Positions 25,853-32,604 of a DNA stretch of 32,604 nt are shown here, piece by piece. Made by a program: the position numbers and the translations under genes. The stretch is taken from contig JBBSWJ010000035.1 of assembly GCA_038046345.1 (NCBI GenBank), positions 1 through 32,604 on the forward strand. The letters run 5' to 3'. Below the pieces are notes generated by a model. It saw only the letters and a list, made by a program, of their open reading frames with translations. It made no database searches and had not been told where the DNA came from. Numbering within the stretch: the first letter of the stretch is position 1; each line of letters starts with the position of its first letter. Source of the DNA: Nanobdellota archaeon (GTDB lineage Archaea > Nanobdellota > Nanobdellia > SCGC-AAA011-G17 > JACPNG01).

Positions 25853-27121
25853 TCATCTTCTTCCAACGCCCAGATAAACTATGCCCTCTGCTTTAATACC
25901 TTTTTTATCAAATTTATTTTCTCCGTCTACAAATACTTTCACTTTATGACTGGTTAATAATTTAGGTGTCACTTGTTCGACTAATTGTTTATGCGCAGTT
26001 CCTACTAAAACAGCTGATGCTCCATTGATTGCATCTTCAAGAGTTTCTTTATTAGACATCTTCGGTACATGAGGGTCAAAGGTCCTTATTCTGCCACCTT
26101 TTCTTTTTAAAATTTTTATAATTTCTAATACAGGACTCTCTCTAACATCACTAACCTCTGGTTTATATGCCAAACCAAGCACTGCAATTTCTGTGTTTTT
26201 CACCGGTAAGTTAATTTGATTTAATCCATCTTGGACAAGCTCAGCTGTATATTCAGGCATGCCATTATTTATTTTTCTTGCAGCCATTAACAAATGATGT
26301 TCGAATCCATTTCTTTCTAAAGCACGTTTTATTAAATATTCAGGATCAACAGCAATACAATGACCACCTACACCCCTGCCTGGATTAACTTTAACGAAAC
26401 CAAACGGTTTTGTTCCAGCAGCATCAAGCACCTCAGAAGCATCTAACCCCCACCTAACAATGGACATAGCAATTTCGTTAGCCCACGCAATTAAAGTATC
26501 TCTTTGAGCGTTTTCTATAACTTTTGAGGCTTCTGCCGCCATTAATGAACTAATTTGTATAATTTTAGCATTGATTATTGAACTATAAAATTTTACTGCT
26601 TTATCTAAACTTTCAGGATTTAAAGCACCTACAACTCTTGAGATATTACCTACATAATAAACTGCATTTCCTGGGTCTATACGTTCTGGGCAATATGCTA
26701 AGAAGAAGGTATTTCTATTCTTTCGCAAAGCTGGCAAAACAATTTCTTCTGATACTCCAGGATATACTGTTGATTCCAAACATACAAGCGCTCCTGATTT
26801 TAGGTTTGCTGACACTTGCTCAGCAGCAGACTTCACAAATCTTAGATCTGGTTTTCTATTCTCGTCTAGTGGGGTTGGTACACATATGGTTACAATATCA
26901 GCATTTGACACCATCCTAAAATCTGTAGTAAATCCTACATTTGAAACACGAAGCTTTTCTCCGAGCCCATCATCTAAGAAAGGTAAAACTTTTCTGTTTA
27001 ATAGTGTAATCTTATCAGAATCTGTGTCAACTCCAATAACATTATATCCTTTTTGTTCAGCTAGCAAAGCAAGAGGCAACCCTACATACCCTGTTCCTAC
27101 AACTGCTAAAGTTTGTATCAT
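25853..27121 (-). CDS. Nucleotide-sugar dehydrogenase (UDP-GlcNAc/ManNAc dehydrogenase, WecC/WbpA-like)
   Basis: VGTGYVGLP, CVPTP, LESTVYPG, PERIDPGN, GVGGHCI (catalytic Cys) and LGLAYKP..D.RESP; alternative start at 27151. Confidence 0.93.
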   Translation of the reverse strand: MIQTLAVVGTGYVGLPLALLAEQKGYNVIGVDTDSDKITLLNRKVLPFLDDGLGEKLRVSNVGFTTDFRMVSNADIVTICVPTPLDENRKPDLRFVKSAAEQVSANLKSGALVCLESTVYPGVSEEIVLPALRKNRNTFFLAYCPERIDPGNAVYYVGNISRVVGALNPESLDKAVKFYSSIINAKIIQISSLMAAEASKVIENAQRDTLIAWANEIAMSIVRWGLDASEVLDAAGTKPFGFVKVNPGRGVGGHCIAVDPEYLIKRALERNGFEHHLLMAARKINNGMPEYTAELVQDGLNQINLPVKNTEIAVLGLAYKPEVSDVRESPVLEIIKILKRKGGRIRTFDPHVPKMSNKETLEDAINGASAVLVGTAHKQLVEQVTPKLLTSHKVKVFVDGENKFDKKGIKAEGIVYLGVGRR

Positions 27122-27282
27122 GTTATCCCTATAATTGTTTAGCTGATTCACTTTTTGGGGTATATAAACCTTACTACTGACACTACTTTCAAGAGGTCAC
27201 ATAGGCACTTTACAAACCTAATTCATCAAAAATACCACTCCCCCCAAACAACTTAAAAACAATCAAAAAAAGTAAGTGATAC

Positions 27283-27648
27283 ATGGCAGACAAAACTATT
27301 TCATCTGAAGAATTAGAGCGTTTAATAGACCTAAACAAAAGTTACATCTTAATTGATGTACGCGAGCCATATGAAGTAGAATCATACGGAGCAATCCCAA
27401 CCTCGCATAACATCCCGCTAGACGAGATTAAAGAAGCTTTAAATCTTCAACCAATAGAATTTGAAATTAAATACCATTTTAAAAAACCAACAAATAATAG
27501 TTTGCTAATCTTTCATTGCCGCAGTGGCTCAAGAAGCCAAGTAGCTACTGAACTAGCGCTATCCCTTGGTTTTAATGCTAAAAATTATCAAGGTAGCATT
27601 CTTGAATGGGCAGATATGCACCCAGATGGAGATGTCATAAAATATTAA
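27283..27648 (+). CDS. Rhodanese-like domain protein
   Basis: LIDVREP.E, FHCRSGSRS active loop and YQGSILEW. Confidence 0.92.
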   Translation: MADKTISSEELERLIDLNKSYILIDVREPYEVESYGAIPTSHNIPLDEIKEALNLQPIEFEIKYHFKKPTNNSLLIFHCRSGSRSQVATELALSLGFNAKNYQGSILEWADMHPDGDVIKY

Positions 27649-29282
27649 CCATGCGAATACCAAAACAATAACTTATTTTTTTCTTTTTTATCAAGTCTGC
27701 AAAATCCAAACCGATAAAACTGTACAACTATTCCTTCCTTTAGGTTAGTTAGTGATTTTTCCCCTAAACCTTCTACTTTTTTCCCGTTAGGCATCAAAAC
27801 TTCTACTTTTACATTCTTATCATTTGCTGGTAACCAATGTATTAACTGAGCATGTAAAGATGGATCATGTTCCTCGCTAACAAATATTTTATTTTTAAAA
27901 TTAAATAAGTGCATTAATCTATAGACTTTATTATTAATTAATTTATCATTGATATAAAAATCTCCTTTTGTATTGAATATCTTTCCGCCACGCCTCTTAT
28001 ACTCTGGATGTAATGGCACGGTCACTCTCATTGCTGGAGCATTTTTTATTGTTATCTTTTTAGGATCTTCCACAAAGAAATATCGATTAGCTTTTTTATC
28101 CAGCAACTGCCTATTAAACGCTGCAATCTTCTCTACGGACACATTAATCTCATTCTTGTTTAATCCAGCATCTTTCATAAAATTCACTATTGTTTCGGCT
28201 AATATCCCCCTTCTTCTTAATGCCATTAAAGTTCCTAACTGTATATCATCCCATCCGCTTATCTTTTTAGTTCGTATTAACTCTGCAGCTTCGCTTGTGC
28301 TCTTTACTCCATCAAAATTCAGCTTTCCAGTGTATATAGTTTCTGGATAGTCTAAACTATAATTTTTAAAAATATACTCTTGCCGCTCACTGCTCACTTT
28401 CAAATCAATACCCCGTATTATGTGAGTTACACCAAACTCCATGTCGTCTATTGCAGATGCAAAATTTAAAAGTGGCCAAATTCTTTTATTTTTTATTAGT
28501 GCATGCTTTGGATGATCTATTATTCTCAATGCAGGCCAGTCTCTCACAGCAGGATTTTTTTCATTTAAGTCTGTTTTTATTCTAACTACTGCATGACCTT
28601 CCTTATATTTATTTAGAAATTTATTCCATTCTAATACTTGTCTTTCTGCTGACTCTTCTCTGCATGCACAGCTTAATCCTTTTATTAGAAGTTTTCTCTT
28701 TTGCTCTGTTTCACATCGGCATACATAAGCCTTACCAAGTGTAATTAATTCTTTGGCATACTTGTAATATGTTACAAGTCTTTTTGATTGGATTACTATC
28801 TTATCTGGTTTTATGCCCAGCCATTTTAAATCTTTCTTAATCCATTCATATGCCTCTTTCAATGGGGGTTTTACTTTTGGATCAGTATCATCAAATCTTA
28901 AAATAAACTCTCCTTTGTACTTTTCCTTAAACAGCCAGTTCAATACAGCCTGTCTTGCATGCCCGAAATGCAACGGGCCATTTGGGTTTGGTGCAAATCT
29001 TACTATCACTTTTTTTTTAGGATTTTTAAGTTCAGGAAGCACAAAAACATCAGACTTCTTTTTAACCTCTTCGACTACCCCATATTTATCTAATTCTTCT
29101 TTTTGCTTTTCAAAAGGTATCTTATTTATTTCATTGCATACCTGATTTACAAGTTTTATAATTTCTTGTCCCTTTTTTTCTGGATGTTCAGCAAATAATC
29201 TTCCTATAACCGCTCCAGCATTTACTTTACCACCATATTTTACAGCGTTTTGCAATGCTAGTTTACGGATTATATCATGCAT
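27645..29282 (-). CDS. gltX: Glutamate--tRNA ligase (archaeal type)
   Basis: ALQNAVKYGG N-terminal domain; RFAPNPNGPLHFGH, LRFDDTDP, THIIRG.D and QFYRFGF. Confidence 0.96.
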   Translation of the reverse strand: MHDIIRKLALQNAVKYGGKVNAGAVIGRLFAEHPEKKGQEIIKLVNQVCNEINKIPFEKQKEELDKYGVVEEVKKKSDVFVLPELKNPKKKVIVRFAPNPNGPLHFGHARQAVLNWLFKEKYKGEFILRFDDTDPKVKPPLKEAYEWIKKDLKWLGIKPDKIVIQSKRLVTYYKYAKELITLGKAYVCRCETEQKRKLLIKGLSCACREESAERQVLEWNKFLNKYKEGHAVVRIKTDLNEKNPAVRDWPALRIIDHPKHALIKNKRIWPLLNFASAIDDMEFGVTHIIRGIDLKVSSERQEYIFKNYSLDYPETIYTGKLNFDGVKSTSEAAELIRTKKISGWDDIQLGTLMALRRRGILAETIVNFMKDAGLNKNEINVSVEKIAAFNRQLLDKKANRYFFVEDPKKITIKNAPAMRVTVPLHPEYKRRGGKIFNTKGDFYINDKLINNKVYRLMHLFNFKNKIFVSEEHDPSLHAQLIHWLPANDKNVKVEVLMPNGKKVEGLGEKSLTNLKEGIVVQFYRFGFCRLDKKEKNKLLFWYSHG

Positions 29283-29402
29283 ATCTTAATAAATAACCAG
29301 CTGTATTTAAGTTTTTGCTCATACCTTTAATATTGCAGCTACACGCTTTTTTAAAATATACCACCAACAAATTTTAATAAAGACTAAACTTTCAATAACC
29401 AC

Positions 29403-30362
29403 ATGTTAATCAAAGACAAGGTGTATGGAAACGAGGAAATAAAAGATCCGGTTATTATAGACCTAATAAACTCAAAAACTTTACAAAGACTAAAACTTAT
29501 TTCACAACAAGGTATGCCTAGAGAATATTACCATAGAGATGTTTTTTCCAGATTTGACCATTCATGTGGTGTGTTAATCCTACTAAGAAGACTTGGTGCA
29601 AGCACGGAAGAACAAATAGCAGGATTATTGCATGATGCATCTCATACCGCATTTTCTCATGTAATAGACTGGGTGATTGGAGATCCTTCAAAAGAAGATT
29701 ATCAAGACAACATGTTATTGGACTTTTTAAAAAAATCAGACATTCCACCCATATTAAAAAAATATAATATAAAAATTGAATCCATTGCTAATTTAACACA
29801 GTTTACATTATTAGAAAAAGAAATACCAAGCTTATGCGCAGATAGAGTAGACTACACCTTAAGAGAGCTAGCAGGTCTAGGCTATAACCCAAAGTTTCTG
29901 GTTAATAGCATTATTTCTGTTAATGGACAGATAGCTTTTAAGACAAAAGAAGCAGCTAAACAGTTTGGTTTAAATTATTCTAAGTTACAAAAAGAACATT
30001 GGTCAGGCAATGAAGCAAAAGCAAGATACCATATTCTTGCAGAAACTTTAAAATACGCATTGCATAAAAAACATATCTCACTCCAAGAGCTACACACCAC
30101 TGATTACGAAGTATTAAACAAATTAATAAAAACTAATGATACTAAAATTCTACAATCGCTAAACAAACTAAAAGGTAGTCTCATTATTAATGAATCAAAA
30201 ACTGGTGGAATATTATTAAAGAAAAAATTTAGGTATATTGACCCGGAAGTTTTTATCAAAGGAAAATTAATAAATCTAAGCCACATTTCAGCAGAATACA
30301 AAAATATGATTGAAGAAGAAAAACAATCATCAAATCACCTAGCCAGAGTAGAAATATCATAA
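29403..30362 (+). CDS. HD-domain phosphohydrolase (dNTP triphosphohydrolase-like)
   Basis: QRLK.ISQ.G, SRFDHS.GV, GLLHD.SH..FSH and ADRVDY. Confidence 0.9.
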   Translation: MLIKDKVYGNEEIKDPVIIDLINSKTLQRLKLISQQGMPREYYHRDVFSRFDHSCGVLILLRRLGASTEEQIAGLLHDASHTAFSHVIDWVIGDPSKEDYQDNMLLDFLKKSDIPPILKKYNIKIESIANLTQFTLLEKEIPSLCADRVDYTLRELAGLGYNPKFLVNSIISVNGQIAFKTKEAAKQFGLNYSKLQKEHWSGNEAKARYHILAETLKYALHKKHISLQELHTTDYEVLNKLIKTNDTKILQSLNKLKGSLIINESKTGGILLKKKFRYIDPEVFIKGKLINLSHISAEYKNMIEEEKQSSNHLARVEIS

Positions 30363-30409
30363 TTAGTCTCAGTTATAATTTTTTAAGTGTCGGTTATATT
30401 TAACATAAC

Positions 30410-30784
30410 CTACATTAGACTAGGGCGTAAAGTACTTAACTCGTTAAAAATATCTGAACAATGAGGAAGAGCATCAAAATTATTCTCTGGATCAAATCCA
30501 CACCTAAAATTAGAACCAGAAACAAACTGCCTTAGCCTTCGAAATACTACTTCACCTAAAACGCCCTCTAAACGATCTAAACTAGGTTTTTTACCTTCTA
30601 AAAGCAATTCTTCGATGCTAACTGAGTAATTACTAATAAGCCTTTTTTCATATAAAATTTCATCGATCTCGGCGCCATACCAGCCCACATTTTTCTTACC
30701 TAAAGACCTTGAATAACGCTCTATTCGATACTTCGCATATTCTTCAGCTAAAGACTTGTTATTGCGTGCAACCGTTATTACCAT
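30410..30784 (-). CDS. Hypothetical protein
   Basis: 124-aa ORF filling the gap between two genes; no motif. Confidence 0.5.
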   Translation of the reverse strand: MVITVARNNKSLAEEYAKYRIERYSRSLGKKNVGWYGAEIDEILYEKRLISNYSVSIEELLLEGKKPSLDRLEGVLGEVVFRRLRQFVSGSNFRCGFDPENNFDALPHCSDIFNELSTLRPSLM

Positions 30785-30834
30785 GTTATACCAGTTTTAA
30801 CAACGTTTATAACATTTTCTATGCTTATTTCAGT

Positions 30835-31314
30835 GTGGAACATTTAAAGCGTATTAAGTCTAGCGAAGTAAAAAAGATTATCAACAGCCTTAAAGAGCAA
30901 TATGGCATAAAAAAATTAAAGTTACCATTTATTTTTTTTAAAAACTCTAAGGATTATATCTTTATAGTTTCAAAGGCGTGGGATACGGTTAATATTAAAG
31001 ATATTAGAGTTAATAACATAGGTCTTTACTTTGCTAACGTAAAAACCAATGCTATAAGATTAACCATTGAAGGTTCACAACTTCTAGGTCCTATGATAAA
31101 GAAAAATATTGTTGATGTGTCAAAGGATGAAATTTCTGATTGGATACGTGGAGAATCATTAAATAAAAAAATTTCTTCTAATTGTTTTGTAGTTATTCGT
31201 AATAATAATGATTACTTTGGATGCGGAAGAAAACACGATGACATGATTGCTAATTTCATCCCAAAAAGCAGAAAAATTAAAAGTTATAACCTACCAAAGA
31301 TTAGTCCCTCATAA
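30835..31314 (+). CDS. NIP7/RsmF-C-terminal-like PUA-domain RNA-binding protein
   Basis: GLYFA...RLTIEGSQLLG...W..GE.L...GCG...NFIPK.R; GTG 30835 preferred over 30709, which overlaps the opposite ORF. Confidence 0.75.
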   Translation: MEHLKRIKSSEVKKIINSLKEQYGIKKLKLPFIFFKNSKDYIFIVSKAWDTVNIKDIRVNNIGLYFANVKTNAIRLTIEGSQLLGPMIKKNIVDVSKDEISDWIRGESLNKKISSNCFVVIRNNNDYFGCGRKHDDMIANFIPKSRKIKSYNLPKISPS

Positions 31315-32083
31315 GCAATTCTTTTCTTCTAAGGCGGTAAACCATTAATAAGCCTATTATCCCCATTGGGATAACTAATAATTGGCCCATTGTAAGCTGC
31401 CATATCACGAATCCTAACTGGGGGTCTGGTTGTCTCACAAACTCTATAAAGAATCTTAATATTCCGTATAATGCTATAAACACCCAGAATAAATAACCGT
31501 TCCTATGCTTTTTATTCTTTAGCTGCCACAATATCCCGAATATAAAAAAATTTTTAGCGGCTTCATATAACTGCGATGGGTGTCTTAATCCATCGACCCC
31601 ATTAAATTGCACAGCCCATGAAACATCAGTTATTCTGCCGTATAATTCTCCGTTTGTAAAGTTTCCAATTCTACCAAGCCCTAATCCTATTGCAGCAGGG
31701 ATCACTACTATATCAGCCAGTTGCCCAAATGATATGCCTTTTTTCTTAGCAAAAAAATAACCGCATATAATAAATCCTACAAGCCCACCATGGAAGCTTA
31801 AACCTCCGTTCCAAATATATAATATCTCTACTGGCTTGTTTAAGTAATAACTTAAATTATAAAATAATACATAAAAGATTCTTGCGCCTATAAGCATAGC
31901 AATTATTTCATAAAAAAGAAATGAACTAACATCGTCTTTTGTAAGCGGTATGTTTCTTTCTTTTGCCAGCTTATTAATTAAAAAGTAACCTATAACAAAA
32001 GCAATAACATAGAACAATCCATAATACCTTACTTCAAATGGACCATAAGAGAATAATATTGGGTCTATGTTATGCGTAAACAT
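31301..32083 (-). CDS. lgt: Prolipoprotein diacylglyceryl transferase
   Basis: RYYGL, GARIFYV, GGLSFHGG, GRIGNFTNGELYGR, HPSQLYE and RFFIEFVR. Confidence 0.96.
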   Translation of the reverse strand: MFTHNIDPILFSYGPFEVRYYGLFYVIAFVIGYFLINKLAKERNIPLTKDDVSSFLFYEIIAMLIGARIFYVLFYNLSYYLNKPVEILYIWNGGLSFHGGLVGFIICGYFFAKKKGISFGQLADIVVIPAAIGLGLGRIGNFTNGELYGRITDVSWAVQFNGVDGLRHPSQLYEAAKNFFIFGILWQLKNKKHRNGYLFWVFIALYGILRFFIEFVRQPDPQLGFVIWQLTMGQLLVIPMGIIGLLMVYRLRRKELLMRD

Positions 32084-32232
32084 AGGTTCTAACCTGATAA
32101 AATTGTTTATTAGTTTTTCGGCATTATTGGGTTTGTTTGATTGTACCTTTTTGGGGTTTGGTTGACGTTTTTAGTATTAATTTATCGGTAGTAACTATAG
32201 AGCTTTATAAGTAACATAATTATCTTTAAACT

Positions 32233-32604
32233 ATGGAAAATGAAGATCTAGATTATAAGGGTTGTTTACGCTATCTAGAAACCGGCGAAATTACAGCTGA
32301 GGAAGAAGAAAAACTGAGAGATATACATAAAACTATTGTGCAGCTAATTGGAGACAAAGAATTGCTAGAGGCCGTAATCGCACATGGGGAGCCTATAACT
32401 TTTGCAGCATCTGATCGCAATACGGTGAATAATCGTTTCATTCTCAATGGATACAGGCACTTGGTGATTGATCCAAGGACTGGTCTAAACATTGTTATGA
32501 GAAGATTAAATTTCTTTAAAACCGATATTACTGAAACTCACAATTCCCATTACCCTTTATACGTAAAAGATAAAAAAGTATATTTTGATGGTGATGAGCA
32601 TAAA
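32233..32604 (+). CDS. Hypothetical protein, truncated by the window end
   Basis: ATG 32233 opens a frame (MENEDLDYKGCLRYLETGE...) with no stop before the window edge. Confidence 0.6.
   Translation, partial: MENEDLDYKGCLRYLETGEITAEEEEKLRDIHKTIVQLIGDKELLEAVIAHGEPITFAASDRNTVNNRFILNGYRHLVIDPRTGLNIVMRRLNFFKTDITETHNSHYPLYVKDKKVYFDGDEHK

Noticed and set aside
30709-30834. N-terminal 42 aa of the 201-aa ORF 30709-31314
   Set aside because: It overlaps the opposite-strand ORF and its start region; GTG 30835 gives a family-like N-terminus.
321-32492. Numerous 60-166 aa ORFs antisense to or nested in identified genes (for example 1689-2189, 18457-18792, 27973-28350)
   Set aside because: They fully overlap confidently identified genes on the opposite strand or frame and show no motifs.
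1-32604. tRNA, rRNA or CRISPR genes
   Set aside because: GTTCAA/GTTCGA-like T-loop motifs occur only inside CDSs, and the intergenic gaps show no cloverleaf or repeat-spacer pattern. A tRNAscan-SE/Infernal run would confirm.

Overview
This 32.6-kb, AT-rich, gene-dense window comes from an archaeal chromosome, most likely a DPANN lineage (Woesearchaeota/Pacearchaeota-like). The lineage call is inference from the archaeal rpl7ae-rps28e-rpl24e-ndk operon, rpl11, rps2, Taw1, an archaeal-type GluRS, TATA/BRE promoters and the mix of bacterial-type accessory genes. About 42 CDS are supported, and I found no tRNA, rRNA or CRISPR array. The most notable points are: (1) a bacterial-type lipoprotein maturation pair, Lgt and LspA, with intact catalytic motifs; (2) a ~9.5-kb block of uncharacterised genes comprising a catalytically degenerate PEP-synthase paralogue, an MNT-HEPN fusion, an endonuclease-IV-like TIM barrel that keeps all nine metal ligands around a ~250-aa helical insertion, a 510-aa helical protein, and three tandem ~160-aa paralogues coupled to lspA; (3) a BolA/small ORF/Grx4/[2Fe-2S] ferredoxin module that includes a 59-aa ORF missing from the ORF track; (4) an operon of nucleotide-sugar dehydrogenase, hyaluronan-synthase-like GT2 and polysaccharide deacetylase; (5) a family-4 UDG lacking its Fe-S cysteines; and (6) a frameshifted LAGLIDADG-HTH gene. 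Family assignments rest on motif recognition from memory; no database searches were run.
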